From an uncultured virus (IMG/VR IMGVR_UViG_3300048927_000758) (Duplodnaviria; Heunggongvirae; Uroviricota; Caudoviricetes), in IMG/VR virus record IMGVR_UViG_3300048927_000758: a stretch of 64,000 nt of DNA; one strand, 5' to 3'. The position numbers and the translations under genes were made by a program. Under the pieces are notes generated by a model. That model saw only the letters and a list, made by a program, of their open reading frames with translations. It was not told the origin of the DNA and ran no database searches. Shown one piece after another: positions 8,137-17,022 of the stretch. Positions within the stretch are counted from its first letter, which is position 1. Each line of letters starts with the position of its first letter.

Positions 8137-10632
8137 TTACCAGCCGGTGGCTTCCCAGTAACTGCCGCCGCTGTCCTGGCCGCAGGTGAAACCGATGTTA
8201 TTGATAATTTGCGCCGTACCGAAGTTGTCATTGAACGTCCCACCGCCGCCATTGATGGCGGTCACCTGAACGTTGACGCAGGTGCTCGGGAAGGGAATGG
8301 GGAAATTCACCGTTGACCAGCCGCGACTCCCTTTGTTGACGACGCCCCACTGCTTAATCATTCCTGTATCCCCGCATCGCCACCAGCCGCCGCCGAGATT
8401 GGCGGTGTTGGTATTGACCGGCTGCCGGTTATTGGGGCTGAACACACGCTGCCCCATCTCGTTCACCGTGCCGGACGTATTGCTGTCGCCGTTGCCGGAC
8501 AGGGTCATCTCGCCGGTTTGTACCGTATTGCCCTGGTTGACGATGCGGAATTTGAACCCACCCACGCCGCCGCCCCGGTTGTTCACAAAGTTAGATTCGC
8601 CCTGACCGCCGCTTTCGTTCCAGCCTAAATAGGTTCCTTGCCCGTCGCCAGGCTGTGGGATAGTTATCGCCCGGAGATAATTCGCCGTGACGCGACCGTT
8701 GACATCACCGCCCGCGCGGGGAAATGCGCCCACATTATCCGCATTCAGCCCGATATCCTGGGTGCCATCGAACGCCACACCGGCAATCTTGCGGGCAGTG
8801 GCGAGTTTGGTCGCGGCAACGGCGGTGCCGCCTGAAGGCAGTGCGCCGACGTTTGCCGCGCTAAGGTTGATATCCTGCGTGCCATCAAAGGCCACACCGG
8901 CAATTTTGCGGGCGGTGGCGAGTTTGGACGCCGCGACGGCCGTCCCGCCTGCCGGTAATGCGCCGACGTCTGCCGGTGTCGGCTTGTTGGCCTGGCAGTA
9001 AATTTCATTCCAGTTAGTCCAGGGACCATCGACGCCGTTCCATGCCCCCGATGCGCCACGGGTAAACTGTCGGCCGTTGTTGTTAAAGGCAATCTGCTGC
9101 GTCGCATTCGGTCCCCAGGTCACGAAAATGACACCAACAAACCCGTTCATCGGGTAGCCTTTGTCCGTGGTCGCGGCGGCGGCACCGGGCACGCCGTAAT
9201 GCCCGAGCATGGCCGTACCATGCAGCGCGTTGGGGGAGTCCGTCGCGGTTAGGTTCGTGCGGATTTTAAAGGCCGTCGCCACCTCATCCGCCAGCGCCTT
9301 TTCACTGGCGGCGCTTTGCGTGGCCGTCCACGCGCCCACGTCGGCGGCGGTGGGTTTGTTATTCGCGCTGTACGTGGGCACCCACTCTTTCCAGGGACCA
9401 TCTACGCCGTTCCAGTCAGCGGACAATCCGCGATTCCAGATATTGCCGGTGAACGTGATGTACATCTGCTGGCACCCGTAGGCGCTTGGCGTGACGTACA
9501 GCGTGCCTGCGATGCCTTGCGGATAGTGCAACGCCGCCGTGGCGTTGGCATTTTTAGGCTGCGCGTACAGGACGGCGCTTCCGGCTCCGCTGGCAAAGCC
9601 CAGGGTATTAATATCCGTGGTTGTCAGGATGGCCGACGGCACCGCGACGGAATTCACCGCGCTGGCCTGCACCCAGTCACGCCAGGGTCCGTCCGTGCCA
9701 TTCCAGGACGCATTCAGCGCACGCGTCCACACCATGCCGGTGTTTTGCACGGTGTAACGCTGCAGCACGCCGCCCGTCCAGGACGCGGGGATAACCTCCA
9801 GCACGCCCGCCGCCTGTGAACCGGCCGGATAGCCATTGGCGACGGTGGCATTCGCGCCGGTGCTCTGCACGTAAACCCCGATTTTTGCCAGATTCAGCGT
9901 ATTGATATTCGCAGTGCCGAGTACGGCGGACGCGACGGGCAGCGCCCCCACGTCCGCCGCCGCCAGGGTAATGTCACCGCTCAGTGCTTTATTGTTCACC
10001 TTGCGGGTGGACGGTACGCGGGTGTTGGCATTGTCGTTGGCGGCCTTCACCGCTTTGGGCGTGGCGGCCAGCGCCTCGCTGGTACTGCTGACCGAGCTGT
10101 TAAGCTGGACAAAACCCTTTGCCGTCAGCGTGCCGTCGGGGTGGTTGCGGGATTTTTCATGTGCGGCCAGCAGGTCATTCACATACTGCTCGGTCGCCAT
10201 AATCACCGAGTCGTCAATCAGCAGGCTGATGGCCTCGGTGTTACTGACGGCAATCACCATACGCAACGTCTGCGTGCGGCCGGACCCTTCCGCCAGGGTC
10301 GGCTTGTAGGTGTCCGCCATATTGCAGACGGCAATCAGCGTGCCGTCGTCAGCAAACAGACCCATTTCGCGCATCCAGAAACCGCCGACGCTCGCAGAAA
10401 TCACCGCCTCAGCAATGACCCAGTTGCCATGAGTCGGATCCAGCTTTAAGGAGTTGAGCGGTGTGCGGTACACCTCTTTAACCAGTTTGGTCTGCGTGGC
10501 AACCGGCGTGGTTGCCTTGCCGTTGCCGTCACCGACGGCAAGCTGCGTGATGTTGATATCAGCCCCCGCCGCAATGGCGGCCGCAATGCGCGACTGCCCG
10601 AGCGTGGTGACAACGGATTTAAATGTGCTCAT
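8137..10632 (-). CDS. H: Tail fibre protein
   Basis: P2 gpH N-terminus (VGDGNG...GGFWMREMGLF...LAEGSGRTQTLRM), HPDGTLTAKGFVQL repeat, C-terminal GMIKQWG...FPIPFP domain. Confidence 0.93.
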   Translation of the reverse strand: MSTFKSVVTTLGQSRIAAAIAAGADINITQLAVGDGNGKATTPVATQTKLVKEVYRTPLNSLKLDPTHGNWVIAEAVISASVGGFWMREMGLFADDGTLIAVCNMADTYKPTLAEGSGRTQTLRMVIAVSNTEAISLLIDDSVIMATEQYVNDLLAAHEKSRNHPDGTLTAKGFVQLNSSVSSTSEALAATPKAVKAANDNANTRVPSTRKVNNKALSGDITLAAADVGALPVASAVLGTANINTLNLAKIGVYVQSTGANATVANGYPAGSQAAGVLEVIPASWTGGVLQRYTVQNTGMVWTRALNASWNGTDGPWRDWVQASAVNSVAVPSAILTTTDINTLGFASGAGSAVLYAQPKNANATAALHYPQGIAGTLYVTPSAYGCQQMYITFTGNIWNRGLSADWNGVDGPWKEWVPTYSANNKPTAADVGAWTATQSAASEKALADEVATAFKIRTNLTATDSPNALHGTAMLGHYGVPGAAAATTDKGYPMNGFVGVIFVTWGPNATQQIAFNNNGRQFTRGASGAWNGVDGPWTNWNEIYCQANKPTPADVGALPAGGTAVAASKLATARKIAGVAFDGTQDINLSAANVGALPSGGTAVAATKLATARKIAGVAFDGTQDIGLNADNVGAFPRAGGDVNGRVTANYLRAITIPQPGDGQGTYLGWNESGGQGESNFVNNRGGGVGGFKFRIVNQGNTVQTGEMTLSGNGDSNTSGTVNEMGQRVFSPNNRQPVNTNTANLGGGWWRCGDTGMIKQWGVVNKGSRGWSTVNFPIPFPSTCVNVQVTAINGGGGTFNDNFGTAQIINNIGFTCGQDSGGSYWEATGW

Positions 10633-10641
10633 ATCGTCCTC

Positions 10642-11169
10642 TTATGCAGGGTAAACGGTCAGCAGTTCGCCCAGGTAGTGCGCCGCGCCGGTGTAAACGT
10701 CGCCTTTAATATCCTGGGTGATGGTCAGGCCAATCAGATGGCGGCTGGCCGGTTTGGCATCGGCAATCAGCCGCTCCATCTCCAAATACATGTCTTCTGT
10801 GATGCCGGTTTCCAGCACGCCGATATCCAGCCGAAACGTGCCGGGTTCGTCATTCGTTTCCCACCACTCGGTCACGTTAATCAGATAGCCGAGCGGCTCC
10901 ACCACGCGGCGGATAGCGCCGATGGTTCCCTTATGGCAGTGAATGAACCAGGCCGACTGAATGACGCGGCGCTTAGTCGCGACAGGCCAGTTTTCATCCC
11001 AGCGGTCAACCGACAGCGCCCACGCCAGGTAAGGCAAAAACTTCGCCGGACAGGTCAGCGGATCCCAGAGCTGCCGCAGCGGCACCGGCACGTTTTCAAG
11101 CGCGGCGCAGGCCTCGGCGGCGGCAACCTCAAGAGCCGAGGAACCGACGGGCAGCAGGCGATCACTCAT
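10642..11169 (-). CDS. I: Baseplate protein gpI
   Basis: LWDPLTCPAKFLPYLAWALSVDRWD. Confidence 0.93.
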   Translation of the reverse strand: MSDRLLPVGSSALEVAAAEACAALENVPVPLRQLWDPLTCPAKFLPYLAWALSVDRWDENWPVATKRRVIQSAWFIHCHKGTIGAIRRVVEPLGYLINVTEWWETNDEPGTFRLDIGVLETGITEDMYLEMERLIADAKPASRHLIGLTITQDIKGDVYTGAAHYLGELLTVYPA

Positions 11170-12070
11170 CGTAGCCGCCCACTTTCAGGGTGTAGGCGGT
11201 GCAGAATGACGCCTGCGTTTTATCCAGCTCGATGTCAGCGGCGGGGCTTTTCAGCTCCACCCGCTGCACGCCTTCAACGTGCAGCGCGGCATAAATGGCG
11301 GACAGCCGGATGTCGCGGCCTAACCGGTGCTGCGCGGTGGTGTAGGCGATAAGCCTGGCTTCGGCGGCTTCGCGGATGGGTTCAGCTTCCGGACCCGGAA
11401 ACAGATACAGCACGGCGTCAATGGTGTAACTGACCACGGTGGCAGACTGGACGGTCACGCGGTCAGCCACGGGGCGGACGTTCTCGTCATTGAGCGCGGC
11501 CTGAACTTTCGCCAGCAGGTCGGCGGGGGCGGTGCCGTTGCCGGTCTGTGCCAGCACGGAAATTGTCACGCAGGCGGGCGACGGACTGATCACCGAAATG
11601 TCCGCCACCCGCCCGTCAGCCGAGCGCCCGTGATACTCATAAGAGCCAACCGGACCGGCGACGCTCAGCCCTTCAAACGCCTGCTGCGCACGGACACGCA
11701 AATCCGCATCGCTTTCCATGACTGCCGCCACGGCGGGCACGCTGACCGTATCCGCAGGCGTGATCGTCAGGCGCTCCACGCTGAACGTGGCGGCGATATT
11801 GTCCAGGTCTGTTCCGGTGGCATAGGCCAGCATCACCGCCTGCGCCGCCTCGTTGACCCGCTGACGCAGGATCACTTCGCGGTAGGCGTTCTCCTCCAGC
11901 AGCTTCACCATCGGCTCAGACTCCAGGGTCAGCGTGCGGGCGATGGCGGCCTGCTGGTCTTCGGGATACAGCGATACCAGCGTGGCTTTGCGCTCCGCCA
12001 GCAGAGTTTCGTAATCCAGCACTTCCACCACGTCGGGGGCGGGTAACTGGCTCAGGTCGATAGTTGCCAT
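11162..12070 (-). CDS. J: Baseplate wedge protein gpJ
   Basis: MATIDLSQLPAPDVVE...SVAGP...VRPVADRVTV. Confidence 0.94.
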   Translation of the reverse strand: MATIDLSQLPAPDVVEVLDYETLLAERKATLVSLYPEDQQAAIARTLTLESEPMVKLLEENAYREVILRQRVNEAAQAVMLAYATGTDLDNIAATFSVERLTITPADTVSVPAVAAVMESDADLRVRAQQAFEGLSVAGPVGSYEYHGRSADGRVADISVISPSPACVTISVLAQTGNGTAPADLLAKVQAALNDENVRPVADRVTVQSATVVSYTIDAVLYLFPGPEAEPIREAAEARLIAYTTAQHRLGRDIRLSAIYAALHVEGVQRVELKSPAADIELDKTQASFCTAYTLKVGGYDE

Positions 12071-12073
12071 AAT

Positions 12074-12424
12074 TCAGCTCACGGGAAGGGTTAAGGAAAT
12101 GGCGGCGGACGTGTCTTTGCGGGTGCCGGTGAGTTCAACCACCGCTTTCCCGTCAAACGTCGTTTCAAAGGTGATGCCGGTCAGGCTGACGCGTGGCTCC
12201 CATTTCAGGATCGCGCTGTAGCAAGCCGCCATGATTTGCAGGCGCAGCGCCGCATTCTGCGGGCGGTCAGTCAGCATCGATAGCAGTGAACCATAGTCAC
12301 GGCGCATGACGCGGGAACCCACGGGCGTGCGCAGAATGTCGCTGACCGACTGCTGAATGTGCGCCAGGTCTTCGACGCTGCGCCCCGTGTCGCGAGCCAG
12401 GCCGATGTATTTGGCGTTAGTCAT
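12074..12424 (-). CDS. W: Baseplate protein gpW (gp25-like)
   Basis: HIQQSVSDILRTPVGSRVMRRDYGS...WEPRV; start trimmed to MTNAKY. Confidence 0.92.
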   Translation of the reverse strand: MTNAKYIGLARDTGRSVEDLAHIQQSVSDILRTPVGSRVMRRDYGSLLSMLTDRPQNAALRLQIMAACYSAILKWEPRVSLTGITFETTFDGKAVVELTGTRKDTSAAISLTLPVS

Positions 12425-12536
12425 GAGCGCAAAGGAAGAAAAGGCCAAGAATGGCAACCAACCACCAGCCGCCCGCATCGTTCGCCAGCATTCCCCCTGA
12501 AATTGACGCACAAAAAACTGACAAGAAAAAATTCAT
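12417..12536 (-). CDS. 39-aa hydrophobic peptide between V and W
   Basis: GAGGAG RBS before ATG at 12536; stop overlaps the W start (ATGACTAA); MNFFLSVFCASISGGMLANDAGGWWLVAILGLFFLCAHD. Confidence 0.6.
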   Translation of the reverse strand: MNFFLSVFCASISGGMLANDAGGWWLVAILGLFFLCAHD

Positions 12537-12552
12537 TGGAAACTCCTCGTTA

Positions 12553-13194
12553 TCAGGCGGGTATGCCGGTACTGCCGCCGCCCGTCTGGACGCCGCCGTG
12601 TTTATGGGTATGAACAACCACGCCGTTAGACGTGAGGCTGCCGCCTGAGTGGATGAGGTTGCCGGTTAGGGCGCCGCCCTGTTTCACCTCCAGGCTGCCC
12701 GTCGTGAGCTTGTTGGTGCAGACCACTTCGGGCGCGTCGAGCGTAATGCGGGTTTTCGCCGTGCAGGTAATCAGCGGGGCAGTGACTGACACCTTATTCG
12801 CAGCGTTCACCGTGGCAGACTTGATGCCGGTTGCCAGCAGCGCGCCGGTTTTGGGTTCGTACTCAATTACCGCGCCGTCAGGGAAAGTGACGTGAACGGC
12901 ATCGGCTGACGCCGACGGCGCTGGATAGTCATCAGAGAAAACGCCGGGCATCACAAAGGCGGTATCCAGCTCACCGCCCAGGCAAAACAATAAAACCTGC
13001 TCACCGGTAGACGGTGCCCACCAGGAACGCGAGCGCCCTGCGCGGGAGGTCAGCCAGTGCAGCCAGTCGGTGACGTTGCCGCCGGTGTTCACGCGACAGG
13101 TGCCCGCAACTAAATCCACCTCGGCAACGGTGCCAATGCGGATCAGATTGCGCAGCAGGCGCGGAATATCGTTGTTTGGGATGGATGTATTCAT
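12553..13194 (-). CDS. V: Baseplate spike protein gpV
   Basis: RLLRNLIRIGTV...WWAPSTGEQV...C-terminal HTHKH metal-binding tip. Confidence 0.94.
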   Translation of the reverse strand: MNTSIPNNDIPRLLRNLIRIGTVAEVDLVAGTCRVNTGGNVTDWLHWLTSRAGRSRSWWAPSTGEQVLLFCLGGELDTAFVMPGVFSDDYPAPSASADAVHVTFPDGAVIEYEPKTGALLATGIKSATVNAANKVSVTAPLITCTAKTRITLDAPEVVCTNKLTTGSLEVKQGGALTGNLIHSGGSLTSNGVVVHTHKHGGVQTGGGSTGIPA

Positions 13195-13236
13195 GGATAA
13201 AAGAATGCCGCCCTGTCAGGCGGCATACAATTTGAG

Positions 13237-13263
13237 GCGGGTTGATGGCGGGTGGCACAACGT
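13237..13263 (-). promoter_or_regulatory. Late-promoter activator site upstream of V
   Basis: GCGGGTTGATG-N5-TGGCACAACGT, repeated at 22212-22238 between O and P. Confidence 0.6.
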
Positions 13264-13300
13264 AGGGATCACTGACTGAGGAATATTAGTCAAACTTGAG

Positions 13301-13363
13301 CTGACACATCTAGTAGGTAGAACATCATCAAATCTGACAGTCTGGTTTGAGCGAGGAACGGAC
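13301..13363. repeat. Left terminal inverted repeat (13301-13340) plus left-type 24-bp half-site (13340-13363) of the accessory block
   Basis: CTGACA-N24-AATCTGACAG mirrors 16528-16567; TGAGCGA-N4-CGGAC recurs at 14101-14116. Confidence 0.7.
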
Positions 13364-13404
13364 CTTCCCTGAATATCCCTTCTCAAATTGGCTGAAAGAA
13401 GGAG

Positions 13405-13938
13405 TCAGCGGGTACTCATAACAAGCTGAACGGCATTTTTCCAGCTGATTCTGAATACAGGGGCATTATCTGATGAAGGCATATCGGATACTGTATGCTC
13501 GGTAATAACTCCGCCTAGCCTTTGGTAAAAGTTGATTGCCCTGACGTTATCTTCAAAAACCCATAGGTAAAGTGGTGACTTAGCATCTTCGCTGCATACC
13601 CACTCTGCTGCATGATGGAGCAATTTTTTTCCTGCGCCCTGGCCTCGCAGTGCAGAACTGACATGCAGGCTGTCAATATACGCCCCCCATTGAGCGTCCT
13701 TCTTTAGCATTACACATATAAACCCTTCAATGTTCTCTTCATTTTCTGCTACAAAGACAGCCACATCTCGGTTGCACTGGTGCAACAGAGACTGCCAGTG
13801 GGAAAAACGCTCATTTTGCGCATGATTTTCGAGAAAGTCTGAAGACATCACATTTCCATATGTATCTCGCCATCCGGCTGCGTGGAGATGTGCAATTGCA
13901 TCGGCATCACTGTATTGAGCTTTTCTTAAATGAATCAC
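13405..13938 (-). CDS. GNAT-family N-acetyltransferase
   Basis: YIDSLHV...RGQGAGKKLL acetyl-CoA motif A and LWVFEDNVRAINFYQRLG motif B; GTG start. Confidence 0.88.
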   Translation of the reverse strand: MIHLRKAQYSDADAIAHLHAAGWRDTYGNVMSSDFLENHAQNERFSHWQSLLHQCNRDVAVFVAENEENIEGFICVMLKKDAQWGAYIDSLHVSSALRGQGAGKKLLHHAAEWVCSEDAKSPLYLWVFEDNVRAINFYQRLGGVITEHTVSDMPSSDNAPVFRISWKNAVQLVMSTR

Positions 13939-14053
13939 GTATGTTCCTTGTCTGAAATCATTATGAGGAAAAAGCTATTATGGTTTGGCAATTAGATGAA
14001 TATTTATCGTAGAAAACAAGACGTGATTAACAAATTGCCACCATTCTGGGAAC

Positions 14054-14116
14054 GTCCGTTTCTGGCACTTATCTGCCTCTCGAAAGATCTCCGGCAGCTA
14101 TGAGCGATCTGCGGAC
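14054..14116. repeat. Internal composite site: right-type half-site (14054-14077), 15-bp spacer, left-type half-site (14093-14116)
   Basis: GTCCGTTTCTGGCACTTATCTGCC ... GGCAGCTATGAGCGATCTGCGGAC; halves match 16505-16528 and 13340-13363. Confidence 0.7.
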
Positions 14117-14148
14117 ATTACTTTTTTGATGAGTTGGTTTAGCAGCGT

Positions 14149-14180
14149 TAAAAAAGCCGCTAACAATAAGCGGCTTTTTT
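14149..14180. terminator. Bidirectional intrinsic terminator after panB
   Basis: AAAAAAGCCGCT-loop-AGCGGCTTTTTT. Confidence 0.8.
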
Positions 14181-14188
14181 AATATAAA

Positions 14189-14989
14189 TCATTCAGAGTA
14201 GCAGTGTTCCTGTGCTGGGAAGCTACCGCCTTTGACAGCGGCAATGTAGCTTTTAAACGCGCCCTGGATGTTTTCCTCTCCCCTCATGAAATTTTTCACG
14301 AATTTTGGGGCCTTGCCGGTGATGCTCAGGCCAAGCATATCGTGAAGAACTAGTACCTGCCCGTCGGTGTCCGGGCCGGCGCCGATGCCGATGACCGGTA
14401 TTGAAACCGCCTCGCTCAGCGCTTTTCCCAGCGAAGCCGGTACTGCCTCGACCAGAACCATCGCCGCCCCCGCCTGTTCAAACTTTTTCGCCGTTTCGAT
14501 CAACGCTTCTGCTTGCTTGCTGTCACGACCCTGAACCTTAAATCCACCAAAGACGTTAACCGACTGCGGAGTGAGTCCGATGTGAGCACACACAGGTATG
14601 CCGTTGCGCGTCAGTTGATGCACCGTGTCACACAACCACTCCCCGCCCTCAATCTTGACCATCTGCGCACCCGCCTGCATCAGTTGCGCCGAGCTGTGCA
14701 GGGCTTGCTCTGGTGAGGAGCAGGTCATGAAAGAAAGGTCGGCGATGATGAAGCCACCGTTGTTTCCGCGCTTTACACAGGTCGTGTGATAAACCATATC
14801 TTCCAGTCTGACCGGCAGGGTGCTGTCATGGCCCTGCAAAATCATCCCTAACGTATCGCCGATGAGGAGCATCTCAACACCCGCCGTGCTCAACTCGTGG
14901 GCAAACGTGGCGTCGTAGCAGGTAAGCATGGTGATCTTTTCACCGCGCTGCTTGAGGTTTTTCAGGTATGTCAGAGTGATTGATGGCAT
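14189..14989 (-). CDS. panB: 3-methyl-2-oxobutanoate hydroxymethyltransferase (ketopantoate hydroxymethyltransferase)
   Basis: MLTCYDA, GD(T)[45 protein letters not shown] motifs. Confidence 0.93.
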   Translation of the reverse strand: MPSITLTYLKNLKQRGEKITMLTCYDATFAHELSTAGVEMLLIGDTLGMILQGHDSTLPVRLEDMVYHTTCVKRGNNGGFIIADLSFMTCSSPEQALHSSAQLMQAGAQMVKIEGGEWLCDTVHQLTRNGIPVCAHIGLTPQSVNVFGGFKVQGRDSKQAEALIETAKKFEQAGAAMVLVEAVPASLGKALSEAVSIPVIGIGAGPDTDGQVLVLHDMLGLSITGKAPKFVKNFMRGEENIQGAFKSYIAAVKGGSFPAQEHCYSE

Positions 14990-15167
14990 GGTGTTCTCTG
15001 CTAACTTGTTGCGTTAATAAAGGTTGTTGCGGGTGCGATAATACTGACTTTCGCAACGCTTAATTGTATTTCTCGATTTGCCAGATGCCTTCGAGCCCCG
15101 GCGTGCCGCAGCGCAGATAGGATACCTGCTGCATGATATGTTGTTAATTATCCTGTATGGCCGTGCG

Positions 15168-15782
15168 TCAGAGAAACTGTTCTGCCAACAGCAGAGCCGC
15201 AATAATAATCATCAGGCCGCCCGAAATCCGGCTGACATTCTGCGCCGCACGCGGGCGTGTCCGAAGCACCGTGGCGGAGCCATAGCCCACAAGCAGGTAG
15301 ACCACACCGCAACTGATCATATGTACCAGCCCCAGCGCTATCATCTGCAGCGAAAGCGGCCAGGCGGCGTGGACGTCGGTGAACTGTGGCAACAGAGCCA
15401 GAAACAGCAGAAAGACCTTTGGATTAAGCCCGCTGATGCAAAAGCCCTTGAGCGCCCACTTCAGTCGCGAACCGGCATCGTCACTCTGCCCCGCCGCCGG
15501 TGCGGACGGGTGGCGGAGCATGCCTATGCCGAGCCAGAGCAGATAGCCAGCCCCGGCCACGGTCAGAACGGTCAGCACGCCCGGCGCTCCCGCAATGACT
15601 GAGCCGACTCCCGCTGCCACTATGAGTGTTGCAACAAGATGGCCGCTCAGCATACCGGCAACTGCTGGTACAACACGGTGTCCCTTGATACCGGCTGAAA
15701 TGGCGTAAGCCCAGTCAGCACCGGGCGTGATAACAAAAAGCGCGGAAATAGCCCAGAACGCGGCGAACATACTCAGTGACAT
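15168..15782 (-). CDS. LysE/RhtB-family amino-acid exporter
   Basis: ITPGADW, GAGYLLWLGI, LNPKVFLLFLALLPQF motifs; about 6 hydrophobic segments. Confidence 0.9.
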   Translation of the reverse strand: MSLSMFAAFWAISALFVITPGADWAYAISAGIKGHRVVPAVAGMLSGHLVATLIVAAGVGSVIAGAPGVLTVLTVAGAGYLLWLGIGMLRHPSAPAAGQSDDAGSRLKWALKGFCISGLNPKVFLLFLALLPQFTDVHAAWPLSLQMIALGLVHMISCGVVYLLVGYGSATVLRTRPRAAQNVSRISGGLMIIIAALLLAEQFL

Positions 15783-15961
15783 GCGCCGTTATCCTTATTG
15801 ACCCGATCTCTGACCGACCCTTTATAAACGTCTGAAACCTGCATATAGAGAAACCTTTACCTGCATATTTGTTTAAAATTAAAGAAAGAATATCGCTTTT
15901 TATGCGGGATATGTTTTCATATGCGACTCAAAAACGTAAAAAAATCGGGAGGTTTTAAGTA

Positions 15962-16414
15962 ATGGATAGGGCAGACTGCAATATTCTTGCGGAGCTTCAA
16001 CGGGACGGGAGACTTTCGCTCACTGACTTGGCGGAACGGGTTGGGATCAGCCTGTCATCCTGCCAGCGTCGTGTCAGAGCGCTTGAACAGGAAGGCGTGA
16101 TCTGCGGCTATCGGGCGTATCTCGATCCGTCCAGATTCGGACTGAACTTTTCAGCCTTAGTCTTCGTTACCCTGCGCGAGGGAGACCGACAGGCGGTCAG
16201 CGCCTTTGAGGCGGGAGTAAAAGAGATACCGCAAATTATCCAGGCGCAGCGACTTTTTGGCGATCCGGATTATCTGCTTCACGTTATCACCCGGGACCTG
16301 CAGGCTTTTCAGCAGTTGTATGATGAAAAACTCTCCGGTATGTCAGGCGTGCAGCGACTTACCTCAACGCTGGTTATGAAAACGGTCGTGAAAGATCGCG
16401 CGCTGCCTATCTGA
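15962..16414 (+). CDS. Lrp/AsnC-family transcriptional regulator
   Basis: D..IL.ELQRDGRLS..DLAERVGIS.S.C.RRVR.LE..GVI.GY HTH; G.DYLL; divergent from the exporter. Confidence 0.93.
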   Translation: MDRADCNILAELQRDGRLSLTDLAERVGISLSSCQRRVRALEQEGVICGYRAYLDPSRFGLNFSALVFVTLREGDRQAVSAFEAGVKEIPQIIQAQRLFGDPDYLLHVITRDLQAFQQLYDEKLSGMSGVQRLTSTLVMKTVVKDRALPI

Positions 16415-16504
16415 GGCTGTGCAGGGCGTCAGATTCGATATTTTTTAAGACGTTTTTTTTGCGCGGATAGGAGGTTGTGCTGAGGATCTGTACAAAAGTC
16501 GAGC

Positions 16505-16567
16505 GTCCGCTTCTGGCACAGAGCTGCCTGTCAGATTAGGTTTGGCTCTGTGCCGCAGTTATGTCAG
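16505..16567. repeat. Right-type 24-bp half-site (16505-16528) plus right terminal inverted repeat (16528-16567)
   Basis: GTCCGCTTCTGGCACAGAGCTGCC then CTGTCAGATT-N24-TGTCAG, the reverse-complement pattern of 13301-13340. Confidence 0.7.
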
Positions 16568-17022
16568 GTGAAGTCTGAGCTAAGAAGTATTAGCAATTCA
16601 TCTTCCACAATCTTCATATCCTCCGCGTCCAGTCCTAACAGCGGGCGCGCCGGATACTGCATTTCTTTTGCACGGACGGAAGGACGATCCCGCAGCCCGT
16701 ACTGATGCACCTTCGCCATCCGTTGCACCTGTCCGGTGAATTCCACCACCGCGTCGTCAGCGGTACCTTTGGCCTTCATGTATTTTGCCGTGCGCAGTTT
16801 GGCGAACATCTCCCGCTTAATGCGGCCTTTCTTTGCCCGCAACGGTTGCGGGCGGCGCGGTGTGAATGGCTGCCCCTCCGGTGTCACCTGCTGCTTAATG
16901 CGCTGCTGCTGATGTTTGCGCAGACGCTTCGCAATGGTCGCCGCCATCGCCTTCCGGCTTTGCGGTGACAGCGCGGCAATCAATCCCGCCAGGCGGGTAT
17001 CAAACGCAGTCAGCTCACTCAT
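16564..17022 (-). CDS. S: Tail completion/virion morphogenesis protein gpS
   Basis: QQQRIKQQVTPEG...MFAKLR...VHQYGLRDR...YPARPLLG. Confidence 0.92.
   Translation of the reverse strand: MSELTAFDTRLAGLIAALSPQSRKAMAATIAKRLRKHQQQRIKQQVTPEGQPFTPRRPQPLRAKKGRIKREMFAKLRTAKYMKAKGTADDAVVEFTGQVQRMAKVHQYGLRDRPSVRAKEMQYPARPLLGLDAEDMKIVEDELLILLSSDFT

Noticed and set aside
13405..13938. GNAT as PanM/PanZ (PanD activator) because it neighbours panB
   Set aside because: It is longer than PanM, looks like a generic GNAT, no panD is present, and a terminator and the R/L junction separate it from panB.
14054..14116. Classical integron attC site
   Set aside because: No RYYYAAC/GTTRRRY ends and no IntI-like gene; the only integrase in view is a 186/HP1-type phage Int.
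13340..16528. CRISPR array
   Set aside because: Only two copies of each motif, separated by whole genes; no regular spacers and no cas genes.
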